The notes under the pieces are model-generated. The model made no database searches. It saw only the letters and a program-made list of their open reading frames with translations, and was not told the DNA's origin. From IMG/VR virus record IMGVR_UViG_3300017752_002639, positions 7,919 through 71,918 of that record: 64,000 nucleotides of DNA. One strand, 5' to 3'. Of this stretch, positions 1 to 12,400 are shown in pieces. Positions within the stretch are counted from its first letter, which is position 1, and each line of letters opens with the position of its first letter. The position numbers were made by a program, and so were the translations under genes. The DNA is from a virus.

Positions 1-879
1 AGAGTAGTACCTTACGAAGTTGATGTATCAAATATTGCCGCACCTAGATCTAGTGTGTTGGCTACATTTACAAGACAAGCTAAAGCTATAAAATCATACA
101 ATTATATATACACTGGACAAAATACAGATATTATAGACTTTGATCTAAACTTTAACATGGCATTCTTTACAGGAGTGCAAGCTAATAGAGGTCAAAGACA
201 ACAAGATAGTTTATTTGCAACAGTATCGCAATGGGCAAAAGGTGATAGAGAAACTGCAACAACAACTGAAAGTGCAGTTGCATTGAGTCCTGCTGGCGCA
301 GACGGTGCGGCACCAATTAAAAATATTTCCGGTGCTGACAAACCAGCAAAAGGTGGCGGTGCAAAAGAAGGCGCATTAACTAGTCTTGCTAGAAACCTAA
401 ACAATATGGTTATACATAGTGATAATGATATGATTGGTGTTGATTTAACAATACATGGTGATCCTTATTTTCTAGCTGATGCAGGAATGGGTAATTATGT
501 AGGATTAGCTAATCCAGCAAACAATGCAATTACAATTGACGGATCAATGAATCCAATTGATGGCGAAATACACGTAGTGTTAAACTTTAGAACACCAATT
601 GATTATGATGACGAGTCTGGTTTTGTAAAATATCCACTAGGAGGCTTTTTGCCAATTGCAATGTTCAGCGGAGTATATCAAGTAATTTTAGTAGAAAACA
701 ATTTCAAAGACGGAATGTTTACACAAACACTAAAACTAATGAGAAAACGTAACCAGGATCTAACACTTAGTGCTATTGCAGGAGCGTTAATGGATACCAA
801 AGCTGGTAAAGCAATTGGTAAAGGTCTAAGCAAACACTTAATAGAACCAAAAGCAGATGGATTAGATGACACAACATGA
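1..879 (+). CDS. Tail/baseplate hub-type protein, C-terminal part (5' truncated by the window)
   Basis: Frame is open from base 1. 'VDLTIHGDPYFL' and the C-terminal 'GVYQVILVENNFKDGMFTQTLKL' resemble gp27/late-control-D hub proteins. Lies directly before the gp5-like gene. Confidence 0.55.
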   Translation, partial: RVVPYEVDVSNIAAPRSSVLATFTRQAKAIKSYNYIYTGQNTDIIDFDLNFNMAFFTGVQANRGQRQQDSLFATVSQWAKGDRETATTTESAVALSPAGADGAAPIKNISGADKPAKGGGAKEGALTSLARNLNNMVIHSDNDMIGVDLTIHGDPYFLADAGMGNYVGLANPANNAITIDGSMNPIDGEIHVVLNFRTPIDYDDESGFVKYPLGGFLPIAMFSGVYQVILVENNFKDGMFTQTLKLMRKRNQDLTLSAIAGALMDTKAGKAIGKGLSKHLIEPKADGLDDTT

Positions 880-2315
880 GTACTGATACTAGAACAAAAA
901 CCCAAGATAAAAACGACCCAGGCATTTACATTGGCGTTGTAGTAAATCATCTTGACACAACAATGATGGGTGGTGTAGAAGTTGAACTAACAAAACGCTC
1001 TAACAGTGGTAACTTAGTTGACTATGTACAATGTCACTATGCTAGTCCGTTTTTTGGAAGTACTCCTGCTAGTGGAATGTCTAAAAACGACGGCTATGCA
1101 GATACACAAAAAAGTTATGGTTTTTGGGCAGTACCTCCAGACATTGGTTCTAGAGTAATTGTTTTAATGCCAGAAGGTGATTTTTCAAGAGCATATTGGA
1201 TTGCATGTATTCCAGATACAGGCACTAACTTTATGACTCCAGGAAATGCGTCTACAACATTTAATAAAGACGATACAAGTGTAGCTTTGCCAGTTGGCGA
1301 ATATAACAAGTTACAAGAAAAAGGCGAAGGCGGAGATCCTACTAAATTTTTAAAGCCAGTTAATACTGTAGAAAAAGATCGTTTAGAAGCCGCAGGTCTT
1401 GACAAAGATCACATCAGAGGAACAAATACTTCAAGTGCAAGACGAGAAGCACCTAGTCATGTATTTGGATGGAGCTCACCTGGACCATTAGATATGAAAG
1501 GTCCAACACATTCTTATGGTAAACCAGGCAAACAAGTTAATAGACCGTTTAATAGATTAGGCGGTTCAAGTTTTGTAATGGACGATGGCGATCCTACATT
1601 AGTAAGAAAGAAACCAGCTAGGGGAGAAAAAGGCGTTGCTGGAAAAATGGAATACGCTAACGTAGATGCTAAAGAAACAGACGGGGACGATTTATATCCT
1701 GCAAGTGATTTAATGAGATTAAAGACTAGAAATGGTCATCAAATCTTAATGCATAATACAGAAGATCTAATTTATATTTCACATGGTAGTGGAAATAGTT
1801 GGATTGAAATGTCAGCAAATGGTAAAATTGATATCTATGCTAAAGATAGTATTAGTATGCGTTCAGAACAAGACATTAATTTTTATGCTGATAGAAACAT
1901 TAATTTTGAAGCAAAAAAAGATGTTAACATAACTAGTGGAGTAGACACATATATCCACGCAGTTGGAAATTGGAATATATTAGCAGATGTTGACGGCAAA
2001 CTTGCCGCAGTAGGTGATACTAATATTAATGCTGGTGGTGACCACAAAGAAACTACCAAAGGAAAAATATTTATGAATAGTTCTACTAGTGCTGATAAAG
2101 CGGGTAAAGCTAAAGTTCCAGTTCGTATTCCGGCACATGAGCCTTGGAGAGACCACGAAAACCTTGATCCTGAAAACTTCTTACCAGAAGAAACACAAGC
2201 AAAGAATATTGAGCTGGAAGAAGAAGACCCAAGACAAGGACTTTTTGATAACGGTACAACAGATGAAGCATCAGAATTTCCTAAGATTCCAGACACGTTT
2301 ATAAAGCAAACCTAA
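876..2315 (+). CDS. gp5/VgrG-like baseplate central spike, no lysozyme domain
   Basis: N-terminal OB-fold motif (YIGVVVNHLD...GFWAVPPDIGSRVIV...AYWIACIP), 'KTRNGHQILM' and beta-helix-like repeats; upstream of gp25-like gene. Confidence 0.8.
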   Translation: MSTDTRTKTQDKNDPGIYIGVVVNHLDTTMMGGVEVELTKRSNSGNLVDYVQCHYASPFFGSTPASGMSKNDGYADTQKSYGFWAVPPDIGSRVIVLMPEGDFSRAYWIACIPDTGTNFMTPGNASTTFNKDDTSVALPVGEYNKLQEKGEGGDPTKFLKPVNTVEKDRLEAAGLDKDHIRGTNTSSARREAPSHVFGWSSPGPLDMKGPTHSYGKPGKQVNRPFNRLGGSSFVMDDGDPTLVRKKPARGEKGVAGKMEYANVDAKETDGDDLYPASDLMRLKTRNGHQILMHNTEDLIYISHGSGNSWIEMSANGKIDIYAKDSISMRSEQDINFYADRNINFEAKKDVNITSGVDTYIHAVGNWNILADVDGKLAAVGDTNINAGGDHKETTKGKIFMNSSTSADKAGKAKVPVRIPAHEPWRDHENLDPENFLPEETQAKNIELEEEDPRQGLFDNGTTDEASEFPKIPDTFIKQT

Positions 2316-2317
2316 GG

Positions 2318-2323
2318 TAAATA
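2318..2323 (+). promoter_or_regulatory. T4-type late promoter core TAAATA, 4 nt before the gp25-like ATG
   Basis: GGTAAATACGATATG with no Shine-Dalgarno; the same motif recurs before other structural genes. Confidence 0.55.
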
Positions 2324-2327
2324 CGAT

Positions 2328-2777
2328 ATGAGCAGTTTAGAAAAAAGTTTATACAAAGAAATTAAAGTTAAATCTAATAACAATGCAGATCAGATTGCTG
2401 ATAGCGGTCCTACATATAAAGGATTTAGTACAGTAAACTCTGATTTAAATTCTCATGTATTATACGATATTGCTTTAATTAAACAAGACATTATTAATCA
2501 TTTTCATATTAGACAAGGCGAAAAACTGTCAGATCCTGAATTTGGCACTATTATATGGGACATTCTATTTGAACCATTAACTGAAGACGTTAAAAACGCA
2601 ATTATACAAAATGTATCTAGAATTGTAAACTACGATCCTAGAGTACAAGTTAATCAAATAACTGTTGATTCTTATGAAAGTGGTATCCTTGTTGAATGTG
2701 AATTAGCATACCTTACATACAGTATTGTTGAGAAGCTTCAGTTCAAGTTTGATGAGAACGCAGGCTTCCTACAATAA
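2328..2777 (+). CDS. gp25-like baseplate wedge protein (GPW/gp25 family)
   Basis: 'LIKQDIINHFHIRQGEKLSDPEFGTIIWDILFEP...YDPRV' is the typical gp25 signature; size 149 aa. Confidence 0.88.
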   Translation: MSSLEKSLYKEIKVKSNNNADQIADSGPTYKGFSTVNSDLNSHVLYDIALIKQDIINHFHIRQGEKLSDPEFGTIIWDILFEPLTEDVKNAIIQNVSRIVNYDPRVQVNQITVDSYESGILVECELAYLTYSIVEKLQFKFDENAGFLQ

Positions 2778-2800
2778 TATACGCACTTTTTAATATCTGC

Positions 2801-2806
2801 TAAATA
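2801..2806 (+). promoter_or_regulatory. Late promoter core TAAATA upstream of the gp6-like gene
   Basis: Intergenic TAAATA followed by an AAGGA ribosome-binding site and ATG 2830. Confidence 0.5.
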
Positions 2807-2829
2807 TTAGTATAAACAAGGAAACGCTA

Positions 2830-5800
2830 ATGTCCTCTACAGATAGACAAAACAGGTTATTACAGACACAAGATTGGAAGCGAGTTTACCAGTCTTTCCG
2901 TAATGCTGATTTTCAAAGTTATGACTTTGATAATTTACGAAGAACAATGATACAATATCTAAGGGAAAACTATCCCGAAGATTTTAACGACTACGTTGAG
3001 TCAAGTGAATATCTAGCGTTAATAGATCTAATAGCCTTCCTTGGACAAAATATTAGCTTCCGTATTGATCTAAACGCTCGTGAAAACTATCTTGAATTAG
3101 CAGAACGTAGAGAAAGCGTATTGCGTTTAGCACGTTTACTTTCATACAATCCAAAGCGTAATCAAGTTGCAAACGGTCTTTTAAAAATAGACAGTGTTAG
3201 AACATCAGAAGAAATTGTTGATAGCAATGGTACAAATTTAGAGAATCAAACTATTGTATGGAATGACCCAGCTAACACTAATTGGTATGAGCAGTTTATA
3301 AAAGTAATGAATACAGCGTTACCTGTAAACGGTACATACGGCAGACCAAATAAAAAAGAAACTATATCTGGTATTAGTACAGAACAATATCGATTTAACA
3401 GTATAAATGATAATGTTCCTACATACAGTTTCAATAAAGTTATTGATGGTAGAGCTACAAAATTTGAAGTTGTATCTACTGACGTAACAACTACAATTTT
3501 AGAAGAAGCTCCGTTTCCAGGAAACAACTTTGCATTCCTATATAGAGATGACGGCAAAGGCCCTTCTAGTAATAATACAGGATTTTTTAGTCACTTCCGC
3601 CAAGGTATATTAGACCATGGAACATTTTCAATAACTAATCCTTCAAGCAATCAAACAGTTGCAATTGAAACACCTAACATTAATAATACAGATGTATGGT
3701 TATATGATCTTGACAGCACAGGCGCTGAACAAGAACTATGGACTAAAGTTGATTCTTTAGAAGGCAACAATATCATTTACAATTCTGTACAAAAGAATAA
3801 TAGAAAAATTTACAGTGCGTTAACTAGAGTTGACGACAGAGTTAGTTTAACATTTAGTGATGGTACTTTTGGTGATTTACCTAAAGGTAATTTTAAAATT
3901 TATTTTAGAACAGGAATAAATCAGCGAGTAACAGTTAGACCAAACGACTTTAGAAATATTACAGTTAATATTCCTTATCTTTCTAAAAAAGGTAGAGAAG
4001 AAAGAATTACTATTGTTTATAGTTTAAAATATACAGTAGATAATAGTTCAGTTAGCGAATCAACAGACAACATTAAATCAAGAGCACCGTCAACATACTA
4101 TACTCAAAATAGAATGATTACTGGTGAAGATTATCAAGTTGCTCCGTTATCAATTAACCAACAAATTGTTAAAACAAAAAGTGTTAATAGAACATCGAGC
4201 GGCATTAGTAGATATTTTGATTTAGTTGATGCTACAGGAAAATATAGCCAAACAACTTTATACGGTAATGATGGTGTTGTTTATAAAGAATATCAAAATA
4301 AAATAAGATCTTTTACTTTCACAACTAGAACAGATGTTGAAGGTGCAGTAGAAAATACACTTATTCCGATATTACAAGATACAAAAGTAAGAAATTATTA
4401 CTTTGATAAGTTTCCAAGAATTCTTACTAGAGACCTAAATATTAACTGGCAACAAACAACTAAAGAAACAGAATACACAACAGGGTACTTTAGTAATGTT
4501 GATAGTGTTCCGTCGACACTAGGATCATTTACAAGTTCAATTTTACGATTAGTTACTGAAGGTACACTTATTAAATTTGTGTCACCGGGCTTTGTAGCAA
4601 AAACTAATCCAAACGATCCTGATACTAGTACAGACCATTTTGACAAAAACGGAAAGTTAGTTAGCGGCCCAACATCAATTGTTGGCGACTCTTATTATAA
4701 ATGGGTTAAAGTAATTAGTATTAACGGAACAGGGTTTGAACAGCGTGAAGACGGACAAGGTGCTGTAATACTAAATGAAATTGTACCAACAAATGCTGTA
4801 CTAGCAGAAGTTAAACCTCCGCTTGCAAATGATTTATCTACAGGTGTTAAACAGCAATTATACGATCAAATTTTTGCATACAAAGTATTTGGTCTACGTT
4901 TTGATCAAATTGATGCACAGTGGAAACTAGTTACAGAAAATAACTTATCAATAGGATCAGAATTTTCAACTGGTAAAACAGGCGACACTACTAATCAACA
5001 GCTTGATGCAAGTTGGTTAATGTTATTTGAAAACAACGGTGAAACATATACAATTACATTTAGGTCAATGCGTTATGTATTTGAAAGCGATAATGAAATA
5101 AGATTTTATTATGATTCAAATGATAAAATTTATAATAATAAAACTGGCAAAATTGTAAAAGATACAGTTACAGTTTTAAATATTAATCCTAAAGACCCTA
5201 CATCAGACCCAACACCATTTACACAAGACTTTAAATGGGAAATTGTTGATGCATATAAAGATGCAGAAGGTTATGTTGACAGTAAAAAATTAGAAGTAAG
5301 TTATTATGATGACGATGAAGATGGTATTGTAGATGATGCTGACTTGTTTGATGAAATTGTAGCTCCAACAGTTAACACAACATCAAAGTATATTATATTT
5401 AAAAAATATATTACAAATGATGGAGTTGAAGATTATAATTATTTTAATAATATTAATAACAATATTATTGTACTAAACAGTAAAACAAATTTAAAACCAT
5501 TTAGTGAATATAATGATGGAGATATTTTCTATTATATAGATCAAGATATATTTGAAGTACTAGATTTAACAGCATTAAAATTAACATTGACTACAGATTA
5601 TAAAGCAAGACTTGGAAGAGATAATATTAAATTTAGATATATTCATGCTTCCGGTAGTGAATCAAGAATTGATCCAAGTGCAAGTAATATTGTTGACATG
5701 TATTTGCTTACAAGAAATTACGATAACGAATTTAGACTTTGGTTAACACAAGGTGCTACAACTAAGCCACTTCCACAAAGTTCAGATCAGTTATTCATAG

Positions 5801-6414
5801 ACTATGGACAAGAATTAAACAAAATTAAATCACTCACAGATGAAATAATTTATCACCCAGTTAAATACAAAGTATTATTTGGAGAAGAGGCAGCCGACGA
5901 CTTGCAAGCTAAATTTAAAATTGTTAAAAATCCAGATAAAGTTATTAACGACAACGATATAAAAACTAAAGTTATAAATGCGATTAACGAATTTTTTGCA
6001 TTAGATAATTGGGACTTTGGCGAAACGTTTTACTTTTCAGAATTATCAAATTATGTAATGTCACAGTTAACTCCAGATGTATCAGCATTTGTTATTGTTC
6101 CTGTACAAGATGATCAAACATACGGATCATTACATGAAATAAAAGCAGAAGCAGACGAAATCTTTATTAGTGGTGCAATAGTTGATAACATTGATATTAT
6201 CGATGCTATTACAGCATCAAAACTAAAAGCACAAGGTTCAATAGTTTCTAAAGCAACAACAACAAACGTGGGTGTACAAAGTACAACCGTTGTAAGTAAT
6301 GCTGTAAATATTACAAATACAAACAGTAGTACAGCAAATAATAGTAGTTCTAGTAGCTCTAGTAGTTCTAGTAGCTCATCAAGCAGTTCAAGTAACGGAG
6401 GTTACAGTTACTAA
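2830..6414 (+). CDS. gp6-like baseplate wedge subunit with a C-terminal poly-Ser tail
   Basis: 'DFQSYDFDNLR...DFNDY...LIDLIAF...ENYLELAERRESVLRLARLLSYNP' and 'QNRMITGEDY' match gp6/baseplate-J proteins. Confidence 0.85.
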   Translation: MSSTDRQNRLLQTQDWKRVYQSFRNADFQSYDFDNLRRTMIQYLRENYPEDFNDYVESSEYLALIDLIAFLGQNISFRIDLNARENYLELAERRESVLRLARLLSYNPKRNQVANGLLKIDSVRTSEEIVDSNGTNLENQTIVWNDPANTNWYEQFIKVMNTALPVNGTYGRPNKKETISGISTEQYRFNSINDNVPTYSFNKVIDGRATKFEVVSTDVTTTILEEAPFPGNNFAFLYRDDGKGPSSNNTGFFSHFRQGILDHGTFSITNPSSNQTVAIETPNINNTDVWLYDLDSTGAEQELWTKVDSLEGNNIIYNSVQKNNRKIYSALTRVDDRVSLTFSDGTFGDLPKGNFKIYFRTGINQRVTVRPNDFRNITVNIPYLSKKGREERITIVYSLKYTVDNSSVSESTDNIKSRAPSTYYTQNRMITGEDYQVAPLSINQQIVKTKSVNRTSSGISRYFDLVDATGKYSQTTLYGNDGVVYKEYQNKIRSFTFTTRTDVEGAVENTLIPILQDTKVRNYYFDKFPRILTRDLNINWQQTTKETEYTTGYFSNVDSVPSTLGSFTSSILRLVTEGTLIKFVSPGFVAKTNPNDPDTSTDHFDKNGKLVSGPTSIVGDSYYKWVKVISINGTGFEQREDGQGAVILNEIVPTNAVLAEVKPPLANDLSTGVKQQLYDQIFAYKVFGLRFDQIDAQWKLVTENNLSIGSEFSTGKTGDTTNQQLDASWLMLFENNGETYTITFRSMRYVFESDNEIRFYYDSNDKIYNNKTGKIVKDTVTVLNINPKDPTSDPTPFTQDFKWEIVDAYKDAEGYVDSKKLEVSYYDDDEDGIVDDADLFDEIVAPTVNTTSKYIIFKKYITNDGVEDYNYFNNINNNIIVLNSKTNLKPFSEYNDGDIFYYIDQDIFEVLDLTALKLTLTTDYKARLGRDNIKFRYIHASGSESRIDPSASNIVDMYLLTRNYDNEFRLWLTQGATTKPLPQSSDQLFIDYGQELNKIKSLTDEIIYHPVKYKVLFGEEAADDLQAKFKIVKNPDKVINDNDIKTKVINAINEFFALDNWDFGETFYFSELSNYVMSQLTPDVSAFVIVPVQDDQTYGSLHEIKAEADEIFISGAIVDNIDIIDAITASKLKAQGSIVSKATTTNVGVQSTTVVSNAVNITNTNSSTANNSSSSSSSSSSSSSSSSSNGGYSY
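6343..6393 (+). repeat. Low-complexity Ser17 coding tract containing two near-identical 18-bp units
   Basis: agtagttctagtagctct / agtagttctagtagctca, followed by further Ser codons. Confidence 0.85.
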
Positions 6415-9400
6415 TGGCACAAGATAAAGACCAAAATGAATTTCCATTGCCAGTAGGCGGAAACCAAAAGCGTACTAGTTCATATCATCTTCCAAAGTAT
6501 TTTAGAACTGATAAAAACCAGAAGTTTTTACAATCAACTCTTGATCAATTAATACAACCAGGTGTTGCAGAAAAAATAAATGGATTTGTTGGAAGAAAAA
6601 CTGCAAAAGCATTTGTAAAAGATGACAACTATGTAGACGATGTTACTGCTGAAAGAAGAGACTATCAGTTAGAGCCAGTAAGTGTTATTAAAGACGATTT
6701 AGATAATGTAGAATTTTATGCTGATTATCGTGACTACATGAACCAAATTGCAAACTTTTCTGGTATTGTAGATGATCATAGCAAAAATAATAAACAGGAA
6801 TTCTATACTTGGCAACCACACATTGACTGGGATAAATTTACAAACTTCCGTGAGTACTATTGGTTACCTAATGGTCCGCAAACAGTTGTAATACCAGGCG
6901 AAGATAAAGAAATTACTAGTACATACACTGTAAATCTAGCAGAAGCATTAGGCGACTATTCTTATTTGTTTACTCCAGATGGACTTACTAATAATCCTGT
7001 ATTAAAATTATACAGAGGCGTAAAATACGTATTTGAAGTTAACACTCCGGGACTGCCTCTTACATTTAAAACTGCAAGAACATTAGAAGAAGAATTTTTA
7101 ATTACAGACGGCATTAGTGCGCAAAGTGTTGAAACAGGAACTATTGAACTTGTATTAGGACCTGATGCACCATCAGAGATATTTTACGTAGCTGAAAACG
7201 ATATTAATGTTGGCGGCGTTATAAAAGTTGCAAATGCTTCAGAAGCAACAACAATTGATGTAGACGCAGAGCTTATTGGTAAAAAATCGTATACGTCAAG
7301 AGATGGATGGACTCTTACTAATGGATTAAAGGTAAGATTTGAAGGAGAAGTACAACCAGCAAAGTATCAAAACAGTGAATGGTATGTTGAAGGAGTTGGT
7401 GACAAAATACAATTAGTATCAGATATTGATGTTGAAGTTAGTTTTCCAGTAGGTATTGATTTAGTTGTACCATTTGACGGCGAAGAAGGATTTGATAGAT
7501 TACCGTTTGGTACTGCAACGGGTTACCCACGTGATAAAGATTATATTACAATTAATCGTGCAAGCCCTGATGGTAATTTTTGGTCAAGATATAATAGATG
7601 GTATCATAAAGACGTAATAGAATTAGCGGCAAGTATTAATAGTTTAGATACACAAATTGACGAAACACAACGTGCTAACAGACCAATCATAGAATTTAAT
7701 TCAGGATTAAAACTTTATAACTTTGGTACAAAATCTAAACAAGTTATTGATCTTATTGACGACTATACAACAGATGCATTTAGTACTATTGAAGGTAGTT
7801 TAGGATATAATATTGATTCGGAACAACTTTCAGAAGGTATGCGAGTTATGTTCTTAGCAGATACTGACCCGTTAGTAAATGGTAAAATATTTGAAGTAAA
7901 ATTTATTAAATTTAAAGGATCCGGAACACAAGGCCAAATATCATTAGTAGTAACAGATGATAGTGAGCCATCCCCAAATGAAAATGTATTAGTTACAAAA
8001 GGTACATTATATGCAGGATCGCTTTGGTATTATGACGGAACAAAATGGAATAGAGCGCAAGAAAAAACATCAGTAAACCAACCGCCATTATTTGACTTGT
8101 TTGATGTTAATGGATATAGTTTCTCAGACTTAGTACAATATCCAGCAACTACTTTTAGAGGTACAAAAATCTTTGGTTACAAAGAAGGTACAGGAACAGC
8201 AGATAGTGTATTAGGGTTTCCGCTAACATATAGAAGTATAAACAATGTTGGTGATATACTTTTTAACTTTGATTACAATAGTGATAACTTTGAATATCAA
8301 CTTAATGATGAAACATATTCAATAGAATCTAGATCAGGGTACCTAAGAAAGTTTAATGCAAACAATCAGTATTCTGTTGTAGGTAGATATGAAAAAGCTG
8401 ACAGCTTATCAAAGCAAGAAGTTATATTACAATATGTTAATGATGGAACAAGAATTACATATCCTATTAATTGTTATAACCAGTCAGCATTTATTACAGA
8501 TTTAAAAACAACAATTTTTGTTAATGATAAGATTCAAATTGAAGGAACAGATTATACATTAGTTGATAGTGCTGATAAAATTAAATCAGTTAACTTTTTA
8601 TATACTATAGCATCTGATGCTAATATAATAATTAAAACATGTACTGACACACCTAAAAACGAAAACGGTTATTACGAAATTGCACATAACTTAGAGCGCA
8701 ATCCATTAAATGAAAATGTAAGTGGATTTACATTAGGCGAAGTTACAGAGCATGTGTCAACTATTACTGAAAATATTCCAGGCTATGTAGGAACATTCCC
8801 TGGTCCAGGAAATTTGAGAGACATTGCTAATCAAAGTCAATATGGTCGTAAGTTTATTAAAAATAGTTCACCACTAAACTTGTCAATGTTTAGCTTACTT
8901 GATAGAGAAAGCAACATAGTTAATGCAATGCGCTACTCTAGAAAAGAGTATAGTAAGTTTAAAAGATTATTTTTAGAAACAGCAGAAACATTAGGATATG
9001 AAGGGCCAGTAAAACAACACGTTGATATTATTATAAAAGAAATTACTAAAGATAAAACTAATAACATGCCGTTTTATTTTAGTGATATGATTGCACACGG
9101 ACCTAGTATTACTACAAGAATTACTGTTGAAGATGTTGATGCACAATTTTTTGCACTTAATACAGCATTTACATTAGAAAAATTAAACACTAGTGCAGTA
9201 ACAGTTTATTTAAACGAAAATCAGTTAGTACATAATAAAGATTATACTTTTAATAGTGATGGTTATTTAAAAATTACAGCAACTAAAGAGTTTAATGATA
9301 TTATTGAAATTAATGAATATGAAACTACTAACGGTTCTTATATTCCACCAACTCCTACTAAATTAGGTTTGTATCCATTATATGAACCTGCTCTATATAC

Positions 9401-12400
9401 AGACGACACTTATTCATCATCGCCGACAATGATTCAAGGACACGATGGTAGTATTATTAAAGCATATGATGATTTTAGAGATAATTTAATTTTAGAATTA
9501 GAACGTAGAATATTTAATAATATTAAAATTAAATATGATGCTAGTATATTAGATATTAATTCTTACGTTACTGGTAATTTTAGAGATAATGGATTTACTA
9601 GACAACAAATTTATGCTCCAATGATTACTGATTTTGTACAATGGTTAACATTGGTAGACGAAGATTATACAACACACAAATACTTTAATAGACTAGATTC
9701 GTTTAGTTTTAACTATAAAAATATGCGTGGACCTAATAATACAGTTTTACCAGGTTGGTGGAGAGGTGCATACAATTATATGTATGATACTGATCGCCCG
9801 CATACACATCCTTGGGAAATGTTAGGCTTTTCAATTCAACCTACATGGTGGGAAGAACAATATGGTCCTGCTCCGTATACAGCAGAAAATAAATTACTAT
9901 GGGAAGATATCGAAAAAGGTATTATTAGAGAACCTAACAAACCTTTTATTATTAATAAAAAATATGCAAGAGCAGGTTTATATAATTACTTGCCAGTAGA
10001 TATTGATGGTAACTTACTAAGTCCTTCAAATGCAAACTTACCAATTAACTATGATAGTACTGGTATTGATGATTCATTTGTATTTGGTGACAATGGTCCT
10101 GTTGAAAGCGCCTGGAGAAGAAGTTCAGATTATCCGTTTGCAATACTTACTAGTTGGATGATTAACAATTCACCGGCATTGTTATCAGCAGGATTTGATA
10201 GATCAAGACAAGTTAGAAATACTTTAGGACAATTAATTTATACTGAATCAGGTGATCATTTAACATTAGATAAGATTGTTTTTCCTAATACTCCTAATGA
10301 CAGTAAACAAGTACTTACAAGTGGTCTAGTAAACTATGTTGCAGATTATATGGCTAGTAATATTACTGCTTCCTTTAAACAGTATGGAACTAGAATTCAA
10401 AGTATAAAAAATATGCTTGGATTTAAATTAGGTGGATTTACTGATAAGTCTAAATTTAAATTAATACTTGATAGTAGAACTCCTTTAAACAAAGGAAATG
10501 TTTTTATACCAGAAGAAAACTATAATATTATATTAAACACCAGTAGTGCAATTAAACTTGTAAATTATAGTGGTGTTATTATAGAAAAACAAACTGGCGG
10601 ATTTATTGTTAGAGGTTACAGCGAAGAAACCCCAGCATTTAAATACCATAGAGCATTGCCTACCGCTAAAGACGTATATGTTAATGTAGGTGGCGTTAGC
10701 GAACCTTACACTGAATGGCAAGCCCAACAAACTTATATTGAAGGTAAAAATGTACAGTTTCAGAATGTATTCTATAAAGTTATAAAAACACATACAGCAT
10801 CAGCAAACTTTGATGCCGAGAAATTCGCTAAGATTCCACAGATACCTATTTCAGGCGGATCAGATGCATACTTTAGAGATCAGTTCGATACAAGAAATGT
10901 AGAGTTAATGCCTTATGGTACAGAATTAAAAACAATACAAGAGGTAGTAGACTTTTTACTAGGTTATCAAAGTTTCTTAAAATTAGAAGGATTTAATTTT
11001 GAATATTATGACGGTGACGAATCTGTTATATCAGACTGGAAAAACAGTTGTCGCGAATTTATGTTTTGGAGTACACAAAATTGGGCAGAAGGTGCAATTA
11101 TATCTCTAAGCCCTGTTGCTGATGAAATTAACTTTAGCACAGAATATAGTGTTGTTGATAATATTTTTGATAACTTCTTTGGATACAGTTTGCTAAAATC
11201 AGATGGTACTAAACTAACTGATAACTTTACAAGAATTAGTAGAACAGATCCTAACAAGTTACAAGTACAGCCTAGAAATACATCAGACGGTGTATATGCA
11301 ATTAGACTTCCAATCGTACAAAAGGAACACATTATACTAATAGATAACCTAAGTGTATTTGGTGATGTAATTTATCAACCAAGTACAGGTTATAGACAAG
11401 AACGAATTAAAGTATTAGGATACAAAACTTCAGATTGGGATGGTAGTTTAAATATTCCAGGATTTATTTACAACGAAGCAAAAGTTAAACAATGGGCACA
11501 ATGGACTGATTATGATATTGGCGCACTAATAAAGTATAAAGAATTTTACTATTCATCAAATGCTCAAATTGCAGGTTCTGAAACATTTGATGATAGTCAT
11601 TGGACTAGACTTTCAAGTAAGCCAGAGTCATCAATGACTACAAACTTTGAATATAAGACAAATCAGTTTACAGATTTTTACAGTTTAGACACAGATAATT
11701 TTGATGTTGATCAACAACAACTAGCACAGCATTTAATTGGTTATCAAAAACGTCAATATCTTGAAAATATTATTAATGACGAAGTAAGTCAATACAAGTT
11801 CTATCAAGGTATGATCCAAGACAAAGGAACACGTAATAGTTTAGATAAATTATTTGATGTACTAAGCAGTGCAGACAAAGAAAGTTTAGACTTTTACGAA
11901 GAATGGGCAATTAAACAAGGTCAATACGGAGCAAGCGAAGGCTTTGATGAACTTGAAATTGAATTAGACGAATTAAAATATAGAGCTGAACCACAGCCAA
12001 TACATTTATCTAATGATGATACTGCTAATACTGACTTAGTTTATAGAATTAAAGATTTTGAAATCTTTAAAAAGCCTAATAACTATACGACAAATGTACT
12101 GCCAACAGTAGATAAAGTACCAAACTTTACTAAAACTCCTGGATTTGTGCATTTAGATGATGTATCGTTATCAGTAGGAAAATATAATGATATACTAGAT
12201 CAACAGTTTACTTCTATACCAAAAGATTCATATGTATGGGTAAGCACACAAAAGCAATCATGGAATGTATTACAACATAAATCAACACAATGGAAAGCAT
12301 TGTCTGTTAAAGGAAACGCTACTGCAATTTCAACAGGAACAGACGAAGCTAATCAGTCTACGGTAACACTAAGCAATGCTCCAACAGATATTAAAGCTGG

